In this document: in pieces, positions 26,978 through 44,434 of the stretch
How positions within the stretch are numbered: position 1 is the stretch's first letter
Layout: each line of letters begins with the position of its first letter
Origin: Kudoa neothunni
Lineage: Eukaryota > Animalia > Cnidaria
Length of the DNA: 64,000 nt
Direction of reading: 5' to 3'
Assembly (NCBI GenBank): GCA_964304625.1
Contig: OZ199838.1
Span: forward strand, 16,537,469 to 16,601,468
Position numbers and translations under genes: made by a program
The notes under the pieces: model-generated
What the model was told of the DNA's origin: nothing
Databases searched by the model: none
What the model saw: only the letters and a program-made list of their open reading frames with translations

Positions 26978-28099
26978 CAGTCGAACCCCGTTTATCTGAA
27001 AATCGCGCTATCCGATCGATTTTTTAAAATTTATTTGAAATTGGCGTATATTCTAAATAAAAAATTTCGGGTAAACATACACTGGAATGTGAATTCATTT
27101 TTACTACGCATTTGATATATATATATTTAGTTTAATTTTATATTTGATTAATAGGAACAAAATGACATTTTAATATAATAGCTTGAGCCAAAAATGAAGT
27201 CATGTTGATTGTGAACAGTTGAATGTAGGGAAAAGAAAAATTACCGTTTATATTTTCCTGAGTGCCTTAATATATATTGAATAATGAAATCTAATGGTTT
27301 TTTAATCACAAACTATCAGTGATCTCGTATGACAAATTTATCTATTAAGCTGGCTTAATTAAACAATCATCACACTTGCATTTTTCAACAACCGTACTTT
27401 TAAATTCTTATCGCAAGGTAATTTACACCAAGTAATAGTAAATTATATGAATAAGTTCTATTTAAAAGAAGAGGAAATAGTACAGATCGTTATGGATAAT
27501 CCAGAGAAACTACTCCTCAGTGGTATTTTAATTATTCTTACCCTCCTTATTCGTATAACTTACAATATCCAAACAGAGAAGAATTTATTAATAATAACTC
27601 ATTTTCTAGAATGTATCATTCTAATATAGCTCAATAGGATTCTGGTCGCACATGTCACTAGTATGCACACACCGACTGCATTGGATCTAGAAAAGTGTTT
27701 CCCAACGTGGAGCATGGAGATTTTTAAACGTTTAATGAACGGCTGCGTTGTGACGGGGATAACTCTGAGAATTGGTGTGACACGGATAACGATGATATAA
27801 TTGGGCAATGTGACGTCCTTTCAAATTAATATTGCAAATTATTAAATGACGATTAACACCACAAACAATTTTGAGAAAGGTGGGGCGAGATACAAAAAAG
27901 GTTGGGAAACACTGATACTGATCTATAAGTACCGTGTCTTAGAATGAGTTACTCACCTTTTAATCGTCATTTTAACTTACATTTGATAGATTTTCATTTT
28001 TAAATATAAAACAAACGTCGAACTTAATCTAACCGGAATTTCAGTATCCGAAAGGAAAATGCCAGGTCCCAACATTTTCGGATAAATAGGGTTCCACTG
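26978..28099. mobile_element. Tc1/mariner-pogo type MITE with TA target sites
   Basis: TIRs cagtcgaaccccgtttatctgaaaat / attttcggataaatagggttccactg, both flanked by TA. Confidence 0.8.
27693..27914. mobile_element. Small hAT-type MITE nested in the previous element
   Basis: TIRs agtgtttcccaac / gttgggaaacactg; internal sequence matches 48725-48765 in reverse. Confidence 0.65.
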
Positions 28100-28931
28100 T
28101 ATATATAATTATTCGTTACTTTTATTATTGTTTTATGACATTGATAGTCACTTAACAATAAACGATGTCAATAATCGAGACATTGATTTAAAAGTGCGTC
28201 ACACTGTCGAATTATCTCACCATTGTCCACGTCACACCATTGATGGGGCGTGGCTCCCACATTGGAAAAACATTGATCTAAGTCCTAACATGTCTCGTGA
28301 CGACAAAAACTTTATTTAGTGTCGTCCTAAACTGGATGGTCCTATAAAACATGCGTTAAATCATGAAGCAAAAAATCACAATTTTGTATATATTTTAACA
28401 TATGTTTTCCCGTAATTTCTTAGCACATCCTCCAACATAAGTCATGAACCTAAGAGCATTTTGCTTTGCTAATTAGTTGGCATGATTTTGTTCTAATAAA
28501 ATCTAGTATATCGCAAAATCCGGGTTTGGAAGTAAATCCCGATAGCTTAAAAATGAACTCTATTTATTAAATGTTTAATTCAAATAAAAAATATAGATAT
28601 TTATTTTTCATCATTATTTCGACTCAATATGACGCCATAATTTCTCAACTAAATCCAATATATTCAAGACTACATTTTGCATTGAATTTTTTAAAATTTA
28701 TTCAAAAGAATTCAAACTAAAATATTGAAAAAACGGAAATTTTTAACTTAACACCCACAACAATTCGCAAATTTCTTCACTAAAAATACATTAAATATTA
28801 TAAAGTTTTAATTTATTTTATTAATTTCTAATAATATCAACCAGGAAAGTTCAAACTCACCCAACCTTAGGGACGATCAGTTACGAACGTTTCCCGTTAC
28901 TGATCGTAAGCCAACCACTTGTCTCATCGCG

Positions 28932-30943
<2,012 letters not shown>

Positions 30944-33809
30944 GATGAAAACTTCTTTTAGGAAAACATTTTTGTATCTCAAAATTAAATTACTTGATTA
31001 TTTAGCGCATTGAATATTTACCCACTTCAATTATTATTATTCCAGTTAAATTGTTATCTTTTTATTAAAATAATAATTAATTCGAATTAAACTCATTATT
31101 ATGTCTCTAAGATATGTTGGCTACAAATTACTGTCAATTTTTAATGTCAGACAAAATAAAATTTTTATTCGAAAACTGTTTTATTTTAAGTTTATGAGTA
31201 GCTAAATTTGAAGAGTTGTTGGATGCACACATAGTCCATTGTATGTTAAATTGATGTTCTTAATCGTCATCATATTCAAAATAAACGCTAATATTGAATA
31301 AGCTGATGTTATGAACGATTCTGATGGATAATCTGAAATTTGTTGGTCACAAAGAGGCATTTGTCTCATCTGTTGTCAGTAAAATTAATTTTGTATTTTA
31401 AAAATAAATAAACTTTCACGTTAGATTTTCCCGCCGATTGCAGTTCAACAATGAAATCTTAATTTTATTAGTGCTATATGATTTTTTTGAGATATTTTAA
31501 ATGACAAGGAATAATATAAATTAATTTTAAATTTTTAACTCAGTAAATTGACATATTATTGATCGTGTCTAATATAAATGGTGTCTGAGTTTAATTCTTA
31601 TGACGATTTATAAAAATAACGCATTGACTATTATTGGTATGGAGATTTTTAATCCTGATAACTCCTATTTATAGTTAACCCGAGTGATGTCATATGGCAT
31701 CATGCTTTTATTATTTTATCTATAATATTTTATTTTCAAAGGAGTTTATTATAATTTATTTTACCATATAAAGTTATTATTTAAGTCGATTATTTTTCGA
31801 GTCGAAAGGGTCAAAATTTTTATGTTTTGTTATTATTTAAGGGGGAATTTGGATTTAGAACAAATAGTTGTTCAAAAATAAATAAATTAAATTAATAATA
31901 TGATTTAAATGTTTGTTGATAGATAAATACATTAGAATTACTTGAAAAATTAGTGGCTGTGATAATCTGTTTTTTACTTTGTAATTAACAAATCGACGAA
32001 ACCAACATTTTGATATTCATATTTTAGAAACGTTTATGACCATTTCAAGTAGGGAACCAGGATACTATAATATTGAGGTTAGAGAGTCCTAAAAACCGCG
32101 TAAGAATTTTTAACTTGATTTAGAAGAGTCATTGATCTATTTTACGATTATACAGTTAAAAAAAATATTTTATAATTTAGAGCGGTTTTTATACGAAATA
32201 GAAAAACCTCATTTTATTATCTATTAATCTATTATTCATTATCCATTATCCATTATCCCAAATGGTGATTTCGTAATAAATACGAAATTAATGTATCTAC
32301 AAAATTTTGAATTCTTATTTTCTATAATATCTTCAAAAATACTAATATTGGTCAATAATTTACTAAACCAATATAGAACTTGATGAAATAACTAAAATAT
32401 TTTTTCACTTCAGGACTCCAATGGCTTCTGGTGCACAAACTGTATAGTAAAACCTTTTTATAGTTATAAAATGGTCATATTAGAAAGATGGCGTTAAATT
32501 TTATATTTTTAATTAATATTGTCAAAACATTATCAAGCGATGAATACTGGGTCGAAAACGCCCCAACAAAATTAATGGGTTAATCTATAAAACTTATTCT
32601 TTATAATCTGCTGTATTTAATTATTTTTGGCCGATCATCACTACTATTAGGAAGAAAAAATAATTAAATACATTCGAAACTACCCATACCTAGATATTAT
32701 GATCTATGTCAATGGCTGCTTCCTAACAATAATAATAGGCATGGTTGGGAACCTTTATAATTATAATTAATTATAATTATAATCATTATGGAGGGGAGGT
32801 TTGTGTATTAAGAATGGCTCAATTACCAAATATTTGTTCATATTTCTAGAGTTATTCACTTTAATTATTATTATTATTATTATTATTATTATACTAGAGG
32901 AAAAAGAATTGTGTGAAATTTGGCGCCATTATGATATTTAAGGTTGCAAAATTGCCACTAATGTAAGCATCTTGTGTGTTAAATAAATTCTTACTCTAAA
33001 GTCATTCGAAAGTAATTTTAAAGGAGTGTTGGTATTTTTTATAAGATTTAAGAATAAAAAGGAAAGTTGATAACGAAAAAAGTATCAAAAAAATTAATTC
33101 CAAATAAATCATACTAAATCATACTAAATAATACATAATTATTGCGTTACTTTATTTAAGTATGATTTATTACATGAATATAAAATGACCAAATTTATAC
33201 TATCTTATTTAAGATTAAAAGATACTCCTACATACATCGTTTAGCGAATATATTAAACTGTCTCTTGTAATAAATTGTTATCACTTTGCATCGAATGGTA
33301 ATTAAGTTAAGAAAATTAAAACTTTTTTTTTAAATTGGTGGAACAATACTTACAATAATTATTATACAGAGAAACCCTCAGTTATCTCAAAATTAACTCG
33401 ACAACTTCTCACAAAATTTATTATTATAGAATTATGGAGATTACAGGCGGAAATGTCACCAATTTTTTATTATTATTATTATTATTGATAATTAACAATA
33501 TTTATATTTTAAGTTATCAAAAATATGAAATAAAAATATTTCCTAATTTTACTCTTATAAAAATTAATTGGAATTGGGGTGTAAAGCATTTTAGGGCATT
33601 GGAAGGTTAATTTAGTCTAATGATAAAGCTTAATATAAAATTAGCATATTTGATTTTTGTATAAAATAAACGAATTAGTTAGAATGTCAAAACAAAAAAT
33701 TAGAATATTAGCTGTAAGAGGAAAAAAACGACAAATTCAGTCTCGATAATACTCGTACTAACATCGGCGTATTCAACATTTGGTGCCAAACTGAAACGTG
33801 GTCGATTCA

Positions 33810-35239
<1,430 letters not shown>

Positions 35240-35789
35240 TTAGTATTTTCAAATATTTATCCAAGCTAGTATGTATTTTTTGAATTGGATAGTTATACTC
35301 TAGTTTTATGTATTATGCTAGTGTAATAAGTTGTTTTTTTGCGTATTATTAAATATTTTTTTCTCCCATGAATGTTGTCTTTAAATAAAAAAGTTGGTTT
35401 ATTGTAATATTTGAACTTTCTATTATATCTCATTTTAACAACCGTTAGGATAAAAATATACATATTCAATTTATGCAGCAGGCTAGAAAGAAACTACCCT
35501 GAAAGAGGGTTTGAGATAGTTCCTTAGAGCTGATAAATTACATTTGGTACGAAATTTAGAGAACAGTTCAGATATTTTTTCAAAATAAAAATCAATATTA
35601 AAAATTGAATAGAGCCAAATGTTATATTAGATTTAATTAATTCTGCGCGTGTTGATAAATCTGTTGGGTACTGTATTGGAATTTTGTAATAACCCACAAC
35701 TGATGTATACTATTGAGCTAACGTTTAGAATGTCCCTAGTCCCTAGTCGTCGGGGAAAATCAGGTAGACATTTTCGACAATTCGCGAAT

Positions 35790-36040
35790 AATGTTACCTG
35801 ATGTTTATACCGCCGGGAGTTTAAACAACCTCACTCTTGAGGATATTTTTTATTTCAAAAACAATCACACTGATTTAATTGATTTTTTACAAAATATATA
35901 TATTCTCCCGAGAAGGAGAGTGTATGATTGTGGCGCTACAATGAAACTTATTCCCAGAAAAAAAGTGCCGATGGATCTAGTTTTATATGCTAAGCAAAAA
36001 AATCAATTCGATTTAGGTCATTTTTTACCTGTCTAAGCTA
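35790..36040 (+). mobile_element. Merlin/IS1595-like transposase N-terminal remnant
   Basis: LIDFLQNIYILPRRRVYDCGATMKL resembles the FLQxxxLLP...CxCGxxMxL start of eukaryotic Merlin transposases (recalled, not searched). Confidence 0.45.
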
Positions 36041-37988
36041 TCATTATATAAAATATTGAAGATAATATATTTTTGGAGTTTTATTAATGCGCACAATCAT
36101 AACACTTATTTTTAAAGTAGGTCATCGGAAAACCTGAATAAATTCGAAATATAATACTGTTTCTTTTTTTGTGGATTCAATAATCAACAACTTCATATTA
36201 TTGTTTATGTTGTGGGTTATGAATTACATCTATTTTTATCATTTTATTTTAAGCTATTGTAGTGTACTAACTTCAACGGTAGCAGCTGTTTCATAATCGG
36301 ATTATTTGGTGTACTTTAAAGGGGGTGTTTTTATACACACTGGATACAATATATATTTGAGATATGTGACCAAATTAATTTGGACTTATTACTTTTTAAT
36401 AAATGTAGCTATGCCCGTGGGGAAATTGAAGCCTAACTACGGTGTTAAGCTTGCGAGTCCGGCATTTTCAATAACAGCAACTCCTATTTATATGCGATCT
36501 GCGTAATTAATTTTTTGAATTTGTTAAATTTAATTAATCATTAATGAATATCATGGTTCGTAACAATAACTACTTCCTCTGCCATATCCATAAACGATTA
36601 TTTAATTTCGCGCGACGGTAATGAACCGCTTGTTTGTATCATCTCTAGTACGTACATTGAAAATATTGTTGCTTAATGCCTCGTTACTCATCATGAATCG
36701 CTCAAAATTCAAATTTATTATAAAATTTGTTCATTTATTGCGTCAAATATTCAGTATAAATATAAGACAATAAAAGCACGTGTGACATGTGAATCAATAG
36801 TTCGCATCATGTTGTTTGATTCTAGGAGTATAATCTAAGGTTGTACATACTTTTAAATGTGAAATGATTAAGCGATTTGAAAAAGGAAATTGAGGTAATC
36901 GTGAAGCATGTGGCTCCCCAATTTTTGCGAGATTTTAGCGGGTTTTTGGTCGGAAGCGAAACCAAAAAATGTTATATGCTGTTTGCATCTGAGTAAAATC
37001 TAAAAAAATACAATTTCCTTCTAATTGAAATCACAACCGCAATCACATATATGACGATGTAATAAACATTATAATCTCCATTTCAAACACTCATTTCTAT
37101 ATTTCATTAGGAAGGAATATATATTGAATAACAATCGTACAATTAAATATTTATTATATTATATATTGCTTAAAAAATAACACAATAAATCATTATGAAG
37201 AATTGTTTTTTTCAGGAATGTAGAAATTTCAACATTTCTTCATACTCACAACACATTTTCATTTACATTTGTTTTCAATCAAAGCAATATATCTTTTGTT
37301 AGTATTATAAATTTTTTCAGTCAAATCATTACTTTAATAGAGGAAATTATTAAATGTTATTTGATAAATTGACTCTTAATTGGGCTTTGAGGGTGATTTT
37401 AATAAAAATATGTATTAATAACTAATTGAATTGTTCCTAATAAAGTTTATAATTATCATTTATTTTGAATGATTATTATTGTTTCAAGATTAATCTGGTT
37501 AAGTAATAAGTTTAAATAATTTTTAAACAATCATTGTTTTATTTTTAATTTGGATTTATTACATTAAAGATCTTTACGGTATAAAACGTTGCATGAAACC
37601 TTAAATAAAATGAACGCAACCTTTTAAGTTTTAAAAATGATCTTATAAGCTTCGAGGGATCGAGATACATTCCACATTATTCAGAGGATTAAAATCAACT
37701 TTATATTTATTTGCGCACAATGAGAAAATTATTTACTAACTAATTTGAATCATTAGTTCAAATTATTTACGCTTTACTAGGAGGATTATAAACGTGCTGT
37801 TCATTATTATAGTTATAGCCGATGTGTTTGCTTCATAAATGATGAATTCAACAAGATTAAGACTGTAATCTCTCACGTAAACTTGAATTTATGAGGAGAA
37901 ATGCCATCGAATTAATAATACGTTAACCATTGGATTCGCGCGTCCAACTTTCTATTATTTTGCGTAGTTTCGCCAAAATTTTAACTAC

Positions 37989-38780
37989 AGTAAGGTCTCG
38001 ATATAGGGTAGTCGACGTTTCTTTCAAATTTCTGTAACCAACATTGTAACCTTTTTGACGTATATAGTCTTCTACTCTAGCGCTATACCCAAAAATACGA
38101 AATAACATTTAAAAAATGCATTTTTGTAAAATTCAGGGTCTTGCTATTGGGCGGACAGTGGTTACTTCAATTTTAATCCGATTAATCCTCTAAATTCCAC
38201 ATTTAAACGTTCGGTATTGTGAATGAAGAAAGAAATTTCGGTAAAAAATTGGAACTATTCAATATTATGATTCAATTACCTCAACCTGAAATTCCAAAAA
38301 ATTACTCTATAGCGCCATAGAATATCATGAATTCTGTTATTGTGGGTTTTATTCAAATTAAATCTAATTATTCTTTTCTGAATAGAATTTTATCTAATAA
38401 ATCTGATATAGTTAACTCCAACGTTGTGTCTCTCAGTGAAGGAATTAAAACTAGAAAATACATCAAACTTAAAATTGCGTTATATGACTGGATTGTATCA
38501 AAACACCAAAAAAGGCAAATATTCCAGTTTTTATCACTGAGAAGGCAAAACTTTTTATTGATGATCTTAAATCATTTGTTTAAGTAGAACAAAAGATTTC
38601 CTTAAAAATTTTAAGATTCTCTGTTGTTTAAAAATTTACTCTTCCTGGAGGTGGGGCAAGTTGATGATAATATTGTTAGTGATTAAGTAATCAAATTTTG
38701 TAACGTAAAAAGTAGATATGAAAAATAAAACATTAAATCTCTATGAGACTGCTCTTCCCTAAGAATAATGCACTCAACAA
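37989..38780 (+). mobile_element. pogo/Tigger remnant
   Basis: Starts TA-cagtaaggtctcgata; encodes RKYIKLKIALYDWIVSK (CENP-B HTH-like) and degenerate GEVGQVDD and ETAL motifs. Confidence 0.7.
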
Positions 38781-39775
38781 GCGTCTATCTATCTATTATC
38801 TACTATGTATATATATTGAAGGTGTAGTGTCCGTGTGTCAGCAAATACGCATATGCCTCAAAATTTTTACCTTATAGAGAAATACTTATGGAATTTTTTA
38901 AAAATAACAATTTTTCAAAAAATAATTCAACCGTTTTTACATTTCCAAATGTCCAAAAAAGAGTTTAGAAAATAGTGATTTTGTCGATTCAAAGTTTGTT
39001 AAATGGGTTACCCAATTACAACCACAGGATTAACACCTGCTTATGACCTGTTGGTGGTCGGTTGAAGTTAATTTTGCCCTTTCTACGCTCTATCAAGTGT
39101 TGATTAACTGCAGCCATCTGACTTTTTATATAAATTTAGATGTTCGTGCAGATACACTTCTTATTTGTGGAGTTTTGACGTATATGACTTGATAAGTATA
39201 TTTTAAAAGTTCTATTAATAGTTTAAAAAACGGGGAAACATCTATATTTGTACCATTTATAGCGATTTTGTAAGGAATTATATAATCAGATAGATTGAAG
39301 CTTAATAATACAATCTCCATGTCCGTAGATTTAGTTGAGATCGTTCGCTAAGTTGAATTTTCAGTGATTAAATTCAATGTAGATGGTTGTATTTGTACTT
39401 CATCTGATTATTCAAATTGTTTATGGTTAAGTTGGGGCGATTTGTGGCTGTTAAGGGAAAAAGTGCGTTAAGCCCTTGCCGAGCCAAGAGATATTAATTT
39501 GAGTAATAAAAATTGGTTTTCTATTTACTCGTCCCCCTTCCCTTAACTTAAACAGTAGTGTACAAACTTTCTGATCCGGATCCAAAATAACGTTTTAAAT
39601 AGCACTTTAAGGGAATTAAAATTTCGAAATCAAAATCGTTGAAGGTATGTCACTTAAAAATTTTTAATTATTTTGCATCTATGGGTAAATTTGAAACTTC
39701 AATATATTTTTTGAATATTATTAAGAAACGTATCTATGCGAAATCTTCCCCAATCAACTCTATGCAGTTCCCGCT

Positions 39776-40029
39776 AATATGATGTATGATATGATGTATG
39801 ATATGATGTATGATATGATGTATGATATGATGTATGATATGATGTATGATATGATGTATGATATGATGTATGATATGATGTATGATGTATGATATGATGT
39901 ATGATATGATGTATGATGTATGATATGATGTATGATATGATGTATGATATGATGTATGATATGATGTATGATATGATATATGATATATGATGTGATATAT
40001 GATGTGATATATGATGTATGATGTGATAT
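39776..40029. repeat. Minisatellite (ATATGATGTATG)n with 7-mer insertions and decaying right end
   Basis: About 20 units visible directly; explains the spurious HHII / YHTS ORFs. Confidence 0.97.
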
Positions 40030-42494
40030 AAAGAAGGAAATGAAACAATCAAAAAACCTGTAATAGAATTATAGCATGCTTAATTTACAGGGATAACATT
40101 CCCACATAATGTCATTGGTAAATTTAAATAGATCTCTGGTTTTAAGGGAATTTATGAATTTTCTGTTAAATATTAACGATCAAAGAATGGTTGGATGTCT
40201 TCAACTATCTTCATGATATTTTAAAAACTGTTGATCAAAAATTCGCATATTATTAGATCGATGTCTTTCACATCTTTAATTTAATAATAAAAAAAAGATG
40301 AATCATTTTTTTGTTAAAAAATAAACAAATTATTCTATGGGCGCAAGCACGAACCATCGATACATCGATATTGGGCAGTAAAAGCTCAAGTCGCTATTTA
40401 GTACGTAAAATCGATATCATGCTGTAATTTTATTATGTCGATCGGTAGATAATGCATTTTTAAAATGTGGATGAAATTCTGGTGAATATGTAAAAAATAT
40501 AACATACTTAACAACAAAATTTCTAGATAAAATAATATAAATACGAGCGCGCAAATCCAATATTATTCAACCGGGGTTTCGCAAAGCTCGCCTAGGGGAT
40601 CCTCGGCAGGAATACATATGAAAATTTTGTATAGGCATCAAAGTTTAAATAAATATTCCCGCTATCTTTGGCGATGTCGAATATGAACAATTTTAATTAA
40701 TTATTATTCTCATAACAAATATCTAAATATAGAATAATATGAATAATAGAGATTTTAAACTTGTTAATTTATTAAAACCCCACTGAATGCTGGCAGCGAT
40801 GCTCCAAGAATCTGAGTACGTTTTTGAATGCATGAGCCTGAGTTTCATCAAATTTTGTTATCGTTTCGTGTTTTTTCTTTTAAAAATTTTCTGGATAGCA
40901 AGCATTTTGCGATATGAGGGGTTGTGTTGTTCTGTCGCAATTGAAACAACAGAAGGTGAACGACCCATACTTGCTTTCACTTTTTAACAATATCCAAGAA
41001 TTTATCGCTTTTGATTAAACGCTTTAACACGGAGACAGAAAAATCAAAATATTGTAGCTGTAGCTGTAAGACGAAGTCACCAACCACGAATATCATATTA
41101 GTTATTATTGATTTTGGATAGAAAATAAACGTTGAAAATATTTCTGTTATTTTGTTGGTGAGTGCGCAGTTAAATTAAAAAACTTGTATTTTCTTCACAT
41201 GAGTTTAATTTTACATGTGAGGATGCGCAATTCCAAAAAGGTTGAAAACCGCTGCGTTAGCGTTACGCTGCGTCAATGGTTAATATTAATCAAACCAATA
41301 CGTAATACCATCTCATTTTCTATTGGATATTAATTCCATGGTGATATGGTTAAGTGTGAAATTGTGAAGGTGTTTAATCACGGTCACATTGATTCATTAA
41401 TTAAGTTTTACTCTACACACAACACATTCGAAGTATAAATGACAGGTTCTTGGTGGTGTTGGGGTTTTCATTCATATGCTTTGTATTACCTCAAGTCAGG
41501 GTGTTTCCATGGTAAATAACACCTTCAATTAGATTAAATAATAACGAATGGCCCAAGTTGATAATTTGATAATTCAAATAATTGATTCAATTCAAAAACT
41601 ATTATCAACACAGAGTGGGATAAAGGTTGAGTTGTTAAACCAATTTGTAGGTAGAATAGCTGAGCCGCCAGTATTTAAAATAATGGTCCTCGGATCATCC
41701 ATCATCACTTTAGTTTGATATCAAATTAACTCCCTGTTGACAACTCCATCAGATAGATTATTGATGGAGTTGTGTAGAGAGATAATCTTAATATTTTAAG
41801 TAGAAAGATTATTCGGAATTTTCAGCTCAATTCACACATATCCAATGTGAAGTGGTTATTCGATTAAACCTATCCTTAGGACAAGCTGTATTGACTGTGT
41901 CAATGGATATCGCCCAAGTTATCAATCATTAATCGGATTAATTTTAACGAATCCCCTGACAATAGTTCGACTGTGATTAAACCTGTCGGCTTCGTGACGG
42001 CTGGTAGTGTTTTTTTGTTTTGTCATAAATTGTTATCACGGAATTTGTGGGCAGCCAATTTAGAAACAATAACAACTCGCACTAATAAATAAGCTCATGA
42101 AAGCGGCTTTCTACGCAATTTCACACGCTACCAACCTGCTCCCAACCACAGCATCTATCCCACCATCTCATGAGACCTAACAACAACTGTTTTCACTCAC
42201 GAAGTTCACTGGTTGAACGTTTCGAAAACTGTGTTTCTAGCCGCGCCCCATCACTATAGCTTAATTACCAAAATTGTACTTAATGCATCTTTTGTGGTTT
42301 TAATTGGGTAACAATAATCACATTAAACATCAATAGAAATTGTTAACGAACTCGTACCACTCCCTATGAATGTATTCACAAGTATAATAGGTTGTAAATA
42401 GCATTAAGGATTGGTACATCAAACCAAAGGAGTAAGCCGCGTCACACCCGACCTCCTCGTCCCAGTCCACTTTCTGCGTAAACATATCCAATAG

Positions 42495-42635
42495 ATATTG
42501 ACGTGATCAGTCGTTGACGTTCCACCTCGATAAAAAACGTTCAAGTAACTTCGGGTATTCTTCTATTTTACGATTAACATCAGTTGATTTCGTGACTCAC
42601 ATGTATCGTAAAATTCGGAACCGAATTTTCCGATG
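42495..42635. promoter_or_regulatory. Putative DEAF1 upstream motif cluster (CRE-like, AP-1, TTCG palindrome)
   Basis: TGACGT at ~42499 and ~42515, TTCGGG at ~42550, TGACTCA at ~42593, and AAAATTCGG-AA-CCGAATTTT at 42610-42629. Confidence 0.4.
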
Positions 42636-43106
42636 CTTTTCATAGTTCACCAGCGGGCATTTAAATTCTATCTAAAATGCAATCTGGCTGAGTGTAAGCT
42701 GAGGGGATATGGATTGGCGGTTAATCTAGTGGGAAACTGTTGTGACAATTTTTATTTTACATTTCTCCCAACATTTGCCCAAATGTAGATATTTATTTTA
42801 TTGAGCGTATTGTGCGTATACGCGGTGTATTATGTGTGTTGGTTGGGGTTTAATTGGTTGTCACTGAACCACTCACTTTGTGTGTTAGGCGGTGGTTTTC
42901 AATGGCTCATTTTCCACATTAGATAATATTAAGTTTTAAGCCACGCCTGCGTTTACATTAATGGATTAAGTTAAATTAATTGCCCTGCTAATCCACATCA
43001 GCTTCCAACTGCTAGTATTGTTGAGTGTGATCTATTGTGGTTGCTGTTAGGACCGTTTCTACCTACACACACTAATCTCTCAATCTAGATATTATAACAC
43101 TCTAAT

Positions 43107-44434
43107 ATGGGAAATCATGAAGAATCGAATGGTAACAATTGTTGTCGGGGTTTACCGACTACTGACACCATATTCTAGATGTCGGCTCCAATTTGGAGGG
43201 GGTTCCATATGCCTCGGTGCCCTTCTCACATCTTGGCAGTTTCAACCCTGAACAAGTAGTCAACATGCAAGGTGGCGATTGGGCTGCTAATATCACTTCA
43301 TCCACTGTTCTCAAACAAGAAAATACCTCTCATATTGTTGGTTCCGGTATGGGTGATGATAACAACATGGACGATGAGTACAACATCGAACAGGATCTCT
43401 CTATCAAAAATATGAGCAACGATCCATCAGGCTCACCAACCTATCTAAATGATAGACAACGAATTCAAATACACAACCAACTTTCGTGGGAAGAAGCTGT
43501 CAAACAAGATGTTCTAATTGTTCGATGCAGAGACACCACCGCAGAGCTACACAAATCACGATTGGGCTCCGGTTCCAAGGGCAAATGTATCAAGGTAAAA
43601 TCAGTTTGTTTTGCGTTTATTCTATATGCAACTGAGTGATTTGTTGAATGAGCAAATGAGCAAATGAATGAATGAATGTTTTAGGTTGGCGACACATGGT
43701 ATACTCCCACTGAATTTGAAACACGCTCTGGAAGAGGTTCATCCAAGGATTGGAAACGTAGTATACGTTTTGGTGGCTACACATTGCAGAAACTCATCGA
43801 AGAGGGTATTCTTGCGCCACACGCTATCTCCTGTACCTGCTCCATATGCTGTGGTGATAGCACGCTCACCGGGCCAGTACGATTCTTTCAGCCATACAGA
43901 CGAAAGCGCAGAGATGCTGACCATGCCTCACGCTCCGTTTCAATTGACGGCTCACGAAGATCAATGGAACACAGTGCCAACAACTCCATGAGTCAAATAG
44001 CTATGATGCAAAATAGTGGCTATTCGTTTGACCATGTCGACGAGATACTAAACCTCACATTAAGTGCCTCTCAACAACTTAAAATGGCATGGGATCAAGT
44101 TAAACTACAGACTGAAGCCATTCGAGAAGCCGCCATCAATCAAGTCCGTATTCAAGCCGAAATGGAAAAAAGAGAAGCCTTGTCACAACAACGACTAGAA
44201 GTTGTCTCAATATTGAAACGGTTACTCCCTCCCGAACAGGAATCACTACTGCAACAACTTGTCGCCCAAATGCACATGGAAAATATGCCCTCTGCCAAAG
44301 CTTGTTCCAACTGTGGAAGAGATGCCTTTCTCGAATGTACTGCTTGTCGCAGATCGTGCTATTGCAGCACATTCTGTCAACAAAAAGATTGGCCTCAACA
44401 TCAAATCAATTGTGGTATGTCTTCTGTGTTGTAG
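43107..44434 (+). CDS. DEAF1: DEAF1 transcription factor (SAND + coiled coil + MYND), 3 exons
   Basis: SAND domain VRCRDTTAELHKSRLGSGSKGKCIK|VGDTWYTPTEFE...KDWKRSIRFGG, then HAISCTCSICC, TGPVRFFQPYRRKRR, and MYND CSNCGRDAFLECTACRRSCYCSTFCQQKDWPQHQINC. Confidence 0.96.

Noticed and set aside
39776-40029. CRISPR-like or telomeric array
   Set aside because: No unique spacers, eukaryotic context, internal position, and not a known telomere unit.
39734-40052. His/Ile/Tyr-rich ORFs
   Set aside because: Translations of the 12-bp minisatellite.
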